Part shown: positions 48,010 to 57,592 of the stretch, piece by piece | Position numbering within the stretch: the stretch's first letter is position 1 | How the letters are laid out: each line of letters begins with the position of its first letter | Assembly (NCBI GenBank): GCA_049515915.1 | Contig: JBEKTP010000004.1 | Coordinates: forward strand, 12,709-76,708 | Direction: 5' to 3' | DNA from: Patescibacteria group bacterium | GTDB taxonomy: Bacteria > Patescibacteriota > UBA1384 > UBA12157 > JAENIV01 | Length of the DNA: 64,000 nt | The notes under the pieces: model-generated | Seen by the model: the letters and a program-made list of their open reading frames with translations, nothing else | Told to the model about the DNA's origin: nothing | Databases searched by the model: none | Made by a program: the position numbers and the translations under genes

Positions 48010-48059
48010 TTTAGAAAGTGGAACTTTTTAGGTGGAGGGAAAAGAATATAAGGACATGA

Positions 48060-48082
48060 AAGACCATTTTGGGTCTTTTTTG
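48060..48082 (+). terminator. Rho-independent terminator after tRNA-Lys
   Basis: aagacc-attttg-ggtctt followed by TTTTGG. Confidence 0.5.
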
Positions 48083-48230
48083 GTGTCAAAGAGGCCTATT
48101 CTTGGTCACTCTCAAAACCGTTGATAATTCGGTTGTTTTGTAGTATAGTGTGCTTAGTAGTTTATCTTCTTTCGGCCGATAAACGAGCTTTGCTTAAGCG
48201 AGACTAAGAATCGGCGCAAGGAGAAGGAGA

Positions 48231-48713
48231 ATGTCGATCAGGGTCAAATTCTGCTGGCTGCTCTGCATCATCAACCCAGTTTTGGGTTGGTATTTCGGCT
48301 GGTGGCGACATGGGACAACGGCTATTCTCTGGCTGGCGCTGGAGGGCGCCATTTTGAGCGCGATCGCATATTTACAGCGACGGCCTTGGCTTTCAGAATG
48401 GTACCCCAAAGTTGGGGACCTCGAACGAATTCTCTGGACGATCGGACAGTGCGAGGATTGTGGCATCGGAGTTGAGATGTGCACAATCAAAGCTCGAACT
48501 ACGCCTTTCAACGAGATGTCGTTGGAAAATGGGGTTCAGCGGATCAGGAGGGCTTTGCTCATACTTGAAGATCAGTGTATCAAGTCCGAAGAACGTTTCA
48601 ACCCAAACCCCGGCGGCGAGTGGTATCGGGTTTATCACCTCACCAGTCTTGGCCGGGTACTCTACGAGATCCAGCGCCGCCAACGTCTGGAACGAGAACT
48701 CGAGCGGGTCTAA
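48231..48713 (+). CDS. Hypothetical protein (160 aa; 2 N-terminal TM + Cys-containing soluble domain), GC-rich
   Basis: Strong RBS (AAGGAGAAGGAGAATG); an intrinsic terminator at 48855..48912 follows; the GC content here is visibly higher than the flanking DNA. Confidence 0.55.
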   Translation: MSIRVKFCWLLCIINPVLGWYFGWWRHGTTAILWLALEGAILSAIAYLQRRPWLSEWYPKVGDLERILWTIGQCEDCGIGVEMCTIKARTTPFNEMSLENGVQRIRRALLILEDQCIKSEERFNPNPGGEWYRVYHLTSLGRVLYEIQRRQRLERELERV

Positions 48714-48854
48714 CAGATAGACCAGTGTAACGACCTTAAGCCTCTGCGTGGATTTGCCAATCTGGTAAGTCACTTCATGCAGAGGCTGCTGTTTTATATC
48801 TCAATGTTTAAGATAATTTCGGGCGCACTAGGGGAGTCCCGACAAACGTTCCAG

Positions 48855-48912
48855 CCCGCAGGTAAGTTGGCGATTATGTTTCCCATCGCCACCCCTGCGG
48901 GTTCTTTTTTTT
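48855..48912 (+). terminator. Intrinsic terminator (8-bp GC stem cccgcagg/cctgcggg + T9)
   Basis: Stem followed by ttcttttttttt. Confidence 0.5.
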
Positions 48913-48971
48913 ACACGAAAATCAGTTTGGGTTTCATCATCTTCCAATACTCATTATCCTTCAGTAATTTT

Positions 48972-49006
48972 ACAAAAAGGGCGCGAATCCTTTCGGACCG
49001 CGCCCT
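48972..49006 (-). terminator. Intrinsic terminator for FkbM methyltransferase gene
   Basis: agggcgcg-(13 nt)-cgcgccct, with T-tract on the minus strand. Confidence 0.5.
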
Positions 49007-49030
49007 ACGGTTTTCTCACCCCTCCCTTGT

Positions 49031-49891
49031 TCAGATCCGTTTGGCCCAGAGCAGGCCGTGATGCGTGAAAACCAGCCTCTTGACCCGGACCTCGAACCCG
49101 TGACTCTCAAGGAACTGCCGAAGAACGTTTTCATTTCGCCCTTCGTCAATGACATGGAACTCGAGAGCGAGGCGCGAGATGCGCTCCAGTAGTTCTGGCG
49201 GACTTTTGCAGAGGATGTCGTACTCTGCGCCCTCGATGTCCATTTTCAGGAAGTCGATGGTCTCAATCCCGCAACGCTGGAAGACACCCTCGAGCGTGAT
49301 TGACTCCACGCTCATTCTGATCCGGTTCATCGGTAAAACCAGAGAGTGTCCACCATTATTACGAGGGTTGAAAAATAGCTCAACCGCCCCTGCCACATCG
49401 CTGACGGCCAGCTGGAAAGCCTGCACATTTTTGATGTGGTTCAGCGCAAGGTTTTCTTTAAGCAGGCGGTAGTTACTCTCGACTGGCTCGAAGGCGTAAA
49501 CTACCCGTGCTTGTCCAGCGGCCGTTAGGCTAAAGGCGCCGAGGTGAGCGCCAATGTCGACAACAACATCTCCCGGGTTGATTTCGAAGCCGGGGAAATT
49601 GTTGTAGTCCCGCCGCAGGGCAACCTCCAGAACAATGCAACGATCCATCGTATTGCTCCGGGTTTGGATCCGCTGTCCGTTTCTTAAGCGGTAGAGGGTC
49701 ATCAACACCCTTTTCCGCTTAAGAAGATTGAGAAAGTAGTCAGGCCAGTTGACCAAACCAGCAATAGGAATGAAGAAGTCCAGCGGCGGAGGGACAAAGG
49801 AGTATTCGCCGCGCCGTACGCTGCTCGCAATGCGCTTGATGTTCAATCTCTGTCTCCTCCTTGGGTAACAGTGTGATATAAATTGAACCAT
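49031..49891 (-). CDS. FkbM-family SAM-dependent methyltransferase
   Basis: 286 aa; VVDIGAHLGAFS (motif I), FEP, LKMDIEGAEYDIL FkbM signatures; GC-rich. Confidence 0.8.
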   Translation of the reverse strand: MVQFISHCYPRRRQRLNIKRIASSVRRGEYSFVPPPLDFFIPIAGLVNWPDYFLNLLKRKRVLMTLYRLRNGQRIQTRSNTMDRCIVLEVALRRDYNNFPGFEINPGDVVVDIGAHLGAFSLTAAGQARVVYAFEPVESNYRLLKENLALNHIKNVQAFQLAVSDVAGAVELFFNPRNNGGHSLVLPMNRIRMSVESITLEGVFQRCGIETIDFLKMDIEGAEYDILCKSPPELLERISRLALEFHVIDEGRNENVLRQFLESHGFEVRVKRLVFTHHGLLWAKRI

Positions 49892-50069
49892 TCATAATAT
49901 GATAAAAAGATCGAAAAGTCAATAGGGGCTTTTCGCTTAGATACTTTAGTAACTTGACACGTAGGGGTTTGTAGAGAGAGGGGACATCCCATCCACGTCA
50001 CGGCCCCCTTGATACTCCAGTAAGTTTATAGTACTATGTAATACCAGCTTAATAGAACAACAAATCTGA

Positions 50070-50735
50070 TTGGACCTTCACAACAACCGCCCAAAGGCGA
50101 GAAAGGAAAAAGGTGTGAGCCGACGTATCGGGAAAGCACTCGTGGGCCTGATCGTCATCTGCGGACTCGTAATCGCAGAGCTTTCCAAGCGACTACTTCA
50201 CTACAAGTACTTTGCTCTTTTTCTTTTTAAGCTGCCTAGCGGACCGTCGTACATGGTTGTCACTGGTTCATTGGCAGCAGCAAAGATCTTGGATTTTTGG
50301 ACTGCTTATCTCGTCATTGTTATCGGCGATCTGACGGGCGACACTTTTTACTACTGCGTGGGCCGCTGGGGTGGCTTACGTTTTCTGAAGAGATGGGGCC
50401 AGTATATCTGGCTCGATCCGAAAAGGGTCGACCATCTAAAGTCCCGTTTTGCAAGTCATGGTGGCAAAATCTTGCTTTTCGGGAAGTTTACTCAGATTTT
50501 CGGTGCCGTGATCTTGGCTGCGGCTGGTGTTGCCGAGATGTCTTACTTACGGTTTCTGCTGTATAACCTCTTGGCGACCTTGCCAAAGACGCTCTTTTTT
50601 CTACTGATCGGTTTCTACTGTTTTCAGGCATATCCCAGGATCCACCGTTATTCTGGATGTGCCGCAGCGGTCTTTATCCTTTTGACCATCCTGGTCATCT
50701 GGATCGCTAAGCGGAAGAACCGAGAGTTCGCTTAA
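50070..50735 (+). CDS. DedA/VTT-domain membrane protein
   Basis: 221 aa; DedA-like (TGDTFYYCVGRWGG.., GKF...) polytopic; true start may be GTG ~50114. Confidence 0.7.
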   Translation: MDLHNNRPKARKEKGVSRRIGKALVGLIVICGLVIAELSKRLLHYKYFALFLFKLPSGPSYMVVTGSLAAAKILDFWTAYLVIVIGDLTGDTFYYCVGRWGGLRFLKRWGQYIWLDPKRVDHLKSRFASHGGKILLFGKFTQIFGAVILAAAGVAEMSYLRFLLYNLLATLPKTLFFLLIGFYCFQAYPRIHRYSGCAAAVFILLTILVIWIAKRKNREFA

Positions 50736-50850
50736 CTATGGCCGGGAGCCAAAAGTTTCCGGCCATTCGCATATCTAAAAAACACCTAATGGAAGATTTT
50801 CAATTGACTTCTATCTCAAGAAGGAATATAACGGAGGCGAAAGGACCACG

Positions 50851-50991
50851 ATGCAAACTTTTAAATTAACTTTTGCCATCATCGCTGTTATTGTTTATAT
50901 TTTAATCTATCCTCACCTCATTAATCGCTGCAAATTTTATCTTAATCAGCAACAAACTCTGATCCAACAACTAACAAGCAGTAATGGTTAA
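50851..50991 (+). CDS. Possible 46-aa hydrophobic peptide whose 3' end lies in direct-repeat copy A
   Basis: MQTFKLTFAIIAVIVYILIYPHLINRCKFYLNQQQTLIQQLTSSNG*; below the ORF-track size cutoff; uncertain. Confidence 0.25.
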   Translation: MQTFKLTFAIIAVIVYILIYPHLINRCKFYLNQQQTLIQQLTSSNG

Positions 50992-51011
50992 AATTTAAGA
51001 TTTTTTCTTTG
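50962..51011 (+). repeat. Direct repeat copy A (~48 bp)
   Basis: ccaacaactaacaaGcagtaatggttaaaatttaagattttttcttt; near-identical copy at 52219..52268. Confidence 0.8.
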
Positions 51012-51091
51012 TTAAATACCGCTCGCGTTGGCCTTCAGCCCCAATTTGTAAATGTTGTAATAATATACTACAATTGTTGTAAGATTAAACA

Positions 51092-51667
51092 ATGACAAAC
51101 TTTTTAGAAATCACCAGATCTAAACTCCGGCGTAAACTTATGGCTTATTTTTATACGAACACGGAAAGTAAGCTCTATTTGCGCGAGATTGCTTCCATTC
51201 TTAGGGAAGATGCTGGTAATCTTTCAAAAGAACTTTCCCATCTTGAAGAAGAAGGGATCTTTATTGCAGAAATGCGTGGAAATCAGAAATATTTTTCTCT
51301 CAATCTAAATTATCCTTTGTATAAGGAATTAAAATCAATTATTTTTAAAACGATCGGGATCGAAGGTTCTTTAAAAACAACACTAAGAAAGATCAACGGC
51401 ATCAGGATTGCCTTTATTTATGGTTCCTTTGCCTCCGATAAACAGAATGGTCTCTCCGATATAGACTTGGCAATTATTGGTAAAATTAATGAAAATGGAT
51501 TATTAAAAGAAATTAATAAATTAGAAAAAATTTTGGATAGAGAAATTAATTATACGCTTTATTCTGAAACAGACTGGGATCGAATGAAAAAAATGAAAGA
51601 TACATTTACGGCTAATATTTTTGATGAGCCTAAAATAATGTTAATTGGAGGAGAAAATGAACTTTGA
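51092..51667 (+). CDS. Winged-helix + minimal nucleotidyltransferase (MNT) domain protein (antitoxin-like)
   Basis: 191 aa; N-terminal wHTH (YLREIASILREDAGNLSKELSHLEEEGIF), NTase motif GSFASDKQNGLSDIDLAII. Confidence 0.7.
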   Translation: MTNFLEITRSKLRRKLMAYFYTNTESKLYLREIASILREDAGNLSKELSHLEEEGIFIAEMRGNQKYFSLNLNYPLYKELKSIIFKTIGIEGSLKTTLRKINGIRIAFIYGSFASDKQNGLSDIDLAIIGKINENGLLKEINKLEKILDREINYTLYSETDWDRMKKMKDTFTANIFDEPKIMLIGGENEL

Positions 51668-52112
51668 TGATTTAGTGAAAAAGGAGAGCTTAAAGAAAGT
51701 TTCACGAATTGATTGGCAGATGATATCACGCTTAATTAAACGCGCCAAAAAAGATCTTAAAACGGCCAAAAAGAATTTAAACGATGATGAACCAACCGCT
51801 TTAGATTTAGTCTATAAGTCGATGTTCCATGCAGCTAATGCGTTAATTCAGTCGCAAGGGTACCGGCCAGGCAAAGTTCGCCAACATATTGGAGTAATCG
51901 AAGCTATAGAAAGAACTCTAGGGGTTGAAACTAGACCGATGATTAGAAAATTTGATCGTTTAAGACAAAAGAGAAATGAATTTGAATATCAGGGACTTTA
52001 TCGAGGAACAAAGACAGAAATTATAAATGGATTTCATGACGCAGAATTATTAATAGAAAAAATTGAAGAGTATATTTACTTAAAAAATCTGCAAAAGAAG
52101 TTTAAGCTTTAA
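51645..52112 (+). CDS. HEPN-domain protein (toxin-like partner of MNT)
   Basis: 155 aa all-alpha; overlaps upstream gene by 23 nt; KSMFHAANALIQSQGYRPGKVRQHIGV... HEPN-like helices; no canonical Rx4-6H motif, so the family call is tentative. Confidence 0.55.
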   Translation: MEEKMNFDDLVKKESLKKVSRIDWQMISRLIKRAKKDLKTAKKNLNDDEPTALDLVYKSMFHAANALIQSQGYRPGKVRQHIGVIEAIERTLGVETRPMIRKFDRLRQKRNEFEYQGLYRGTKTEIINGFHDAELLIEKIEEYIYLKNLQKKFKL

Positions 52113-52218
52113 TGCTAATCGCTTTTTAATCATCGAAGAATCAAATTAAAACTATCCGAATCATAATTTTTGAAGATGATTTGAAAACATCAGCCATGAG
52201 TGTCTCATTCTTGAAATT

Positions 52219-52268
52219 TTCCAACAACTAACAAACAGTAATGGTTAAAATTTAAGAATTTTTTCTTT
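52219..52268 (+). repeat. Direct repeat copy B (~48 bp)
   Basis: ccaacaactaacaaAcagtaatggttaaaatttaagaAttttttcttt. Confidence 0.8.
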
Positions 52269-52294
52269 TCGGCCTCGTTTTTTAGCATTATTTT

Positions 52295-54028
52295 TTATCT
52301 TTTGAGTATCTCCATAAAAACGTTATCCGGAATCTCCACCCGGCCAAGCTGCTTCATTTTTTTCTTGCCCTTGGCTTGTTTCTTTAAAAGTTTATCTTTG
52401 CGCGTTCTATCGCCGCCGTAAAGTTTAGCAATAACGTCTTTTCTCAACGCCGAAATATCTTCGCGGGCTAAAATTTTTCCGCCAACCGCAACTTGAATGG
52501 AAACTTCAAAAAGCTGTTTTGGAATTAATTCTTTAAACATCAAAGCCAGTTTTTTAGCCTCGGCTTGGGCGCGGGAGTGGGGGACAATGCGGGAAAATTC
52601 CGACACTTTATCGCCAGCGATAATGACATCGAGCTTGACTAAATCCGACTCCCGATAGCCGATCATTTCATAATTTTGCGACGCATATCCTTGCGAAACA
52701 GATTTAAGCTTGTCATAAAAATCAACGATAATTTCGCCCAGCGGCGCTTCGTATGCCAAAATAACCCGGCCGTGAGAATCGCCCAAGTATTTTGTATCCT
52801 TGTAAATCGCTCGCCGTGACTGGACTAACCCCATCACCGGTCCCAAATATTGGTTCGGGGTGATAATTTCCAAATTCACCCACGGTTCTTTGTAAAGTAC
52901 GTGAGTACCAGAGGAATCGATCTCGTAGGCCACCTGCGGCTGGGTGATGATTAAATCTAAATTATATTCGCGCTCCAACCGTTCCTTAACAATTTCCATA
53001 TGTAATAATCCCAAAAATCCGCAGCGGAATCCCTGACCGAAACTTTGGGAAGATTCCGGCGTAAAACTTAAACTGGAATCATTTAAAGCCAGTTTTTCGA
53101 GGGCTTTCCGTAGAATAGCCGGGTCGTCGCCCTGAGTGTAGAAACTGGCGTAAACAAACGGCGTCGGAATTTTAAAACCCGGGATAGGGGAGACTGATTC
53201 GGGGGAGTCTGTTGAAATGGTGTCGCCGACTTTAATTTCACTGATGTCTTTGGCGCCGGTGACAATGTAACCGATCTCCCCTGCCCGCAGAACATTTTTT
53301 GGACTATATTTTAACTTAAACTCCCCGACTTCGGAAGCGGCCTCTATTTTTCCGGTCCCTAAAAATTTTATCTTATCGGCTCCTCGCAGTTCCCCTTCAA
53401 AAACCCGAACATAGGCAATAGCGCCCCGGAAATCATTAAAGACGGAATCAAAAATCAAAGCCTTTAAGCGGCTCCCTTCCTCCCCTGTTGGCGCCGGCAC
53501 ATCCTTGATAATCGCGTCTAAAATCTCGGCGACGCCTTCGCCCGTTTTAGCCGAACAAGTTAGAATTTCACTTTCATCAATATTGAGTAAATCCGAAAGT
53601 TCTTTTTTAGACTCTTCTACCCTCGCCCCAGGTAAATCGATTTTATTAATTACCGGAATGATTTTTAAATTATGAGTTTGGGCGATATGTAAATTGGCTA
53701 AAGTTTGGGCCTGAATACCTTTACTTGCATCAACAAGCAAAACTGCTCCCTCCACGGCTGCCAGCGATCTTGAGACTTCGTATGAAAAATCCACGTGGCC
53801 GGGAGTGTCGATCAAATTTAAAGCATAATCTTTGTATCTCATCGTCACCGGCTGAAGCTTGATCGTGATCCCCCGCTCCCGCTCAAGATCCATCGTATCG
53901 AGCATCTGCGGTTTGATTTTGTCAGCCGCAACAGTGCCAGTTTTCTCCAGCATCCGATCAGCTAAAGTCGATTTACCATGATCGATATGACTGATGATAC
54001 AAAAATTTCTAATATTTTTTTGGTTCAT
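52295..54028 (-). CDS. lepA: Translation elongation factor 4 (LepA)
   Basis: 577 aa; IRNFCIISHIDHGKSTLADR G-domain and LepA C-terminal domain. Confidence 0.95.
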   Translation of the reverse strand: MNQKNIRNFCIISHIDHGKSTLADRMLEKTGTVAADKIKPQMLDTMDLERERGITIKLQPVTMRYKDYALNLIDTPGHVDFSYEVSRSLAAVEGAVLLVDASKGIQAQTLANLHIAQTHNLKIIPVINKIDLPGARVEESKKELSDLLNIDESEILTCSAKTGEGVAEILDAIIKDVPAPTGEEGSRLKALIFDSVFNDFRGAIAYVRVFEGELRGADKIKFLGTGKIEAASEVGEFKLKYSPKNVLRAGEIGYIVTGAKDISEIKVGDTISTDSPESVSPIPGFKIPTPFVYASFYTQGDDPAILRKALEKLALNDSSLSFTPESSQSFGQGFRCGFLGLLHMEIVKERLEREYNLDLIITQPQVAYEIDSSGTHVLYKEPWVNLEIITPNQYLGPVMGLVQSRRAIYKDTKYLGDSHGRVILAYEAPLGEIIVDFYDKLKSVSQGYASQNYEMIGYRESDLVKLDVIIAGDKVSEFSRIVPHSRAQAEAKKLALMFKELIPKQLFEVSIQVAVGGKILAREDISALRKDVIAKLYGGDRTRKDKLLKKQAKGKKKMKQLGRVEIPDNVFMEILKR

Positions 54029-54134
54029 AATGCGTTGTAATTTGAGATAAATTCTCTCGCGTAAATAATCTTAACGCCACGAAATTCCTTAAGCGGTAGA
54101 AAATAATAAATGTTGGTATCTAAAACAACTCTCG

Positions 54135-54371
54135 TTAATGTCTTAATGAATCAACCATTTTTTCGATATCGTTTTCTCTTTTGACGCCTTGTTTCCTTGC
54201 TCGTAAAACAAGATCTTTTTGTAAAACTTGCCAATTATCTTTAGTCTGGATATACATCAAAGTTGCTTCTTTCAAAAGCTCTGAACGGCTGCGATATTCT
54301 TCCTCGGCTTTGCGGTCGATTTCTTTAAGAAGCTCATCTGGCAAAGAAACATTAATCGTTTTTACGCTCAT
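54135..54371 (-). CDS. Ribbon-helix-helix (CopG/ParD-like) small protein, orphan
   Basis: 78 aa; N-terminal beta-strand plus two helices (KTINVSLPDELLKEIDRKAEEEYRSRSELLKEA). Confidence 0.55.
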   Translation of the reverse strand: MSVKTINVSLPDELLKEIDRKAEEEYRSRSELLKEATLMYIQTKDNWQVLQKDLVLRARKQGVKRENDIEKMVDSLRH

Positions 54372-54448
54372 CTAAACTCCTTCCAACAATAATTGTTGAT
54401 ACTGTCAAGCAAAATAATCCAAAAAAATACGAATGTTATCGAGAACCA

Positions 54449-55876
54449 TTATTTCGATTCCTTAATCATCTTGATCGCTTCTTGGCGTGTCGAGATTTGA
54501 CCGTCTAAATAAGCTTGCTCAATTTTTGTCTTTATCTCCCCCACTTTCGGCCCGGGCGAAATTTTTAAAATATCCATAATATCTTTGCCAGTAATTAAAG
54601 TAAAGTTTTTAACTTGGACTTTTTCTTCCTCGGAAATTTTTTTGGCAATTTCCTTTCGGAGCTTGATCGCATTCTCGTACATCGATAAATTCGCCCCGCC
54701 ATCTTTTCGGACGCTCGCCAAAAGATCGGCCCGGGTATGTTCGAGCAAAAGATCAATATTGGGATTCATAAAAATTTGTTGCTTTTTTCGATCGCTCATA
54801 TTGCCAAAGGCGTGAATTATCCGCATATGCTGGGCAATCGACCAGGTCACTTTTTCGATAAAGTCGCTGGAAAACTTCAGCCGTTCTAAAATTTCCTGCG
54901 CTTTACGAGCGCTTAAAACGTCATGTTCAAAGAAAGTAATTTTACTTTTGGGATGATCGCGAAATCCTTGCGTTTCGGGCTTGGCAATATCATGCAGTAA
55001 AACCGTCCAGGCCAATTCTTCACTGCATAAATCCGGCAGCTGTTCCAACGCCAGCATTGTGTGAGCCCAGACATCGCCTTCGCTGTGAAATTCCGGCGGC
55101 TGAGCCACGCCTTTTAACAATTCCAGTTCGGGCAAAATATGTTTGAGAATGCCCAGCTCATCGAGCAATTCAATCGCCTTGACCCGATTTTTATTGATTA
55201 AAATTTTGGAAAGTTCGTCTCGAATCCGTTCGGCGGAAATCTTCTCAATCTTTTTAGCAAAGAGCTTAATCGCCTCACTCCCCTTTTTATCAAGGGCAAA
55301 CCCAAACCGGGTGGCAAAGCGCACGGCGCGCAACATTCTTAAATAATCTTCGGCAATTCGCTCATTCGGATCACCGATAAATCTTAACTTTTTATTTTTA
55401 AGATCCTCGACTCCCCCGACATAGTCGATAATTTGTTGATTTTTCGGATCGTAAAATAAACCGTTAATGGTAAAATCGCGACGCTGGGCATCCCGCTTGG
55501 CGTCAACAAATTCGATCTTTCTAGGGTGCCGATGATCAGCAATGCCCAAATCAGACCGAAAAGTGGCAATCTCAAATTCATGATCGTCAAAAATTACCGC
55601 CATCACCCCAAACTGCTTGCCGCGATCGTAGCTTTTTGGAAATATTTTTTTGACTTCAAGAGGTTTAGCGGCCGTCACAATATCGATATCGTGCGCCGTA
55701 ATATTTAATAATTCGTCTCGTACGGCCCCGCCGGCGAAGTAGGTTTCATAACTGGCATTTTTAAGTTTATTTAAAATATTAACCGCTTTTTCCTCTTCCT
55801 TGGTCAGCGGCCTTAGAATTTTAAACTCGTAAATTTTTGCTCCGTCTTTTTTCTTAATGAGCTTTAAACTATCCAT
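54449..55876 (-). CDS. cca: CCA-adding enzyme / tRNA nucleotidyltransferase with HD domain
   Basis: 475 aa; Pol-beta NTase head (GGAVRDELLNITAHDIDIVT), HD motif (LLHDIAKP). Confidence 0.85.
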   Translation of the reverse strand: MDSLKLIKKKDGAKIYEFKILRPLTKEEEKAVNILNKLKNASYETYFAGGAVRDELLNITAHDIDIVTAAKPLEVKKIFPKSYDRGKQFGVMAVIFDDHEFEIATFRSDLGIADHRHPRKIEFVDAKRDAQRRDFTINGLFYDPKNQQIIDYVGGVEDLKNKKLRFIGDPNERIAEDYLRMLRAVRFATRFGFALDKKGSEAIKLFAKKIEKISAERIRDELSKILINKNRVKAIELLDELGILKHILPELELLKGVAQPPEFHSEGDVWAHTMLALEQLPDLCSEELAWTVLLHDIAKPETQGFRDHPKSKITFFEHDVLSARKAQEILERLKFSSDFIEKVTWSIAQHMRIIHAFGNMSDRKKQQIFMNPNIDLLLEHTRADLLASVRKDGGANLSMYENAIKLRKEIAKKISEEEKVQVKNFTLITGKDIMDILKISPGPKVGEIKTKIEQAYLDGQISTRQEAIKMIKESK

Positions 55877-56076
55877 ACACTAATTTTATCACAATTTAAC
55901 CTCATCGTCGATTAAAAATACCTTGACGAACTTATCTTATAATGTTATTGTTGGATTATACGCTTCATCGCAAAAAGGAGGCAAGCCTATTGCGTCATAC
56001 CAACCCTATCTTACGACCAGCAGTAGGAATTTCCGCAGTAGTAGTACCACAGAATATCCACAAGGAGCCAGGGCCA

Positions 56077-56252
56077 TGGGCAAAAAGGCAACGTTGACCG
56101 TCGGACCAGACACGAAGGTGGTTGTGAAGTACTGCGCCGGCACCTGCGAGCCGAAGCTGTGCGTCGAGGAGATCTGCTGCAAGCCGGCCGAAGCCGCCGC
56201 TGGCGGCGAGTGCACGGAAAAGAAGGAAGGCGCCTGCGCCGAGAAGAAGTAG
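56077..56252 (+). CDS. Cys-rich small protein (58 aa, 7 Cys), locally GC-rich
   Basis: AAGGAG RBS 8 nt upstream of ATG at 56077: MGKKATLTVGPDTKVVVKYCAGTCEPKLCVEEICCKPAEAAAGGECTEKKEGACAEKK. Track ORF 55923..56252 includes a likely non-coding N-terminal extension. GC hairpin downstream. Confidence 0.5.
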
Positions 56253-56370
56253 ACTCGACCCGCAAGGAAGTCTATATCAGTCCGCAGTCGCAAGTAAACA
56301 TCAAGGGCCGCCCTCCTTGGGCGGCTCCGCTATGGTACCGGCCGCGTCCTCACCGATGCGGCCATTTTCT

Positions 56371-57015
56371 TTAGAGCTCAGTAATCTTTTTTGCTAAAAT
56401 CACAATAATTTTTTCATCGTTTTCATAGCGGTCATAACCTAGATCGGTCAGTAAGAGTTCAAATCCGGCATCAATAACTAATTGTTCCAATTCATCTTTT
56501 TGGAAAAATGTTTCGAACATCTCGAACGACTGATCCAAACTTTCTTTTTCAACGATCTCGCCTTCACCTTGCTTGGTAGAAATAAATAAGACACCATTCT
56601 TTTTAAGAATCTGATGAATCTTATGGAGCAATGAAGGAATTTCATTTCTTTTTAAATGCAATAAAACAAAAGAACATCTCACACCATCAAAACTATTTTC
56701 AAGAAATTTGATTTTTCTTAAATCCTGCTTGATAAATTTTGCCTTAGGGGCAACTTTTTTGGCAATGGCGAGCATATTTTCTGAAAAATCAACTCCCGTA
56801 ACCTTGTATCCCTTTTCGCTAAAAAATTTACTGTCTCGACCTGACCCGCAACCCAAATCCAAAATTCTCGCCTTTTTCGGCAATAAATTCATAAATTCTT
56901 TCGAGAACTTTAAAAAGAATTCCGAATATTCGCTGTAACGCTCGTGATATTTATCAGCAATTTTATCGTAAGTATTTTGAACTAATTTATGAACATCAAC
57001 GTTAACTTTTTTCAT
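56371..57015 (-). CDS. Class I SAM-dependent methyltransferase
   Basis: 214 aa; ILDLGCGSGRDS motif I. Confidence 0.8.
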   Translation of the reverse strand: MKKVNVDVHKLVQNTYDKIADKYHERYSEYSEFFLKFSKEFMNLLPKKARILDLGCGSGRDSKFFSEKGYKVTGVDFSENMLAIAKKVAPKAKFIKQDLRKIKFLENSFDGVRCSFVLLHLKRNEIPSLLHKIHQILKKNGVLFISTKQGEGEIVEKESLDQSFEMFETFFQKDELEQLVIDAGFELLLTDLGYDRYENDEKIIVILAKKITEL

Positions 57016-57022
57016 TTACTTT

Positions 57023-57592
57023 TTATATCTTTCCTTCTAAAATAATTTCGGCGACGTCGTGTTGGCTTTGAATCATTCGACGGCCATCCAAACTAATCTT
57101 TTGCCAACTTCTTGATAATTTTCCTCTGACAAAATCTCGAGCTTTTTTAACATCTTTAATTTCATAAGTAATATAGGCCAAATAAAATAGCGAAGGAATT
57201 GATAAAAAGTGGGCCATCGCATCGGCATCAGCTAAGCATTTCGCCACCGATGTTTTCTTAGGTCGATTTTTTGAGCCGCGGTGGCAGTAGATCGCATCCT
57301 TGATGATTTCGATTTTGTCTCTAGGATATTTTAGTTTATTAAGAATTTCTTCAGCGTACTCTGCCCCTTTGGCTTCGTGGTTATCACCATATTCCTTTGA
57401 GACAAAAGTGGCATAATCATGCAGCCAGGCGGCGATCGAAATCATTTCAAGGTCAGTTTTTCTTTGCCGAGCCAGCTTTTCCGCAATTTCAACCACTTTT
57501 TTGACGTGGACAAAGCCCGTCACGTCAAAAATATTTGATTTTTGTCTGGCTTGTTTTTCTACAATTTTTCTCACCTCATCGACGATACTCAT
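57023..57592 (-). CDS. HD-domain phosphohydrolase
   Basis: 189 aa; HVKKV...AAWLHDYATF HD motif. Confidence 0.75.
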   Translation of the reverse strand: MSIVDEVRKIVEKQARQKSNIFDVTGFVHVKKVVEIAEKLARQRKTDLEMISIAAWLHDYATFVSKEYGDNHEAKGAEYAEEILNKLKYPRDKIEIIKDAIYCHRGSKNRPKKTSVAKCLADADAMAHFLSIPSLFYLAYITYEIKDVKKARDFVRGKLSRSWQKISLDGRRMIQSQHDVAEIILEGKI

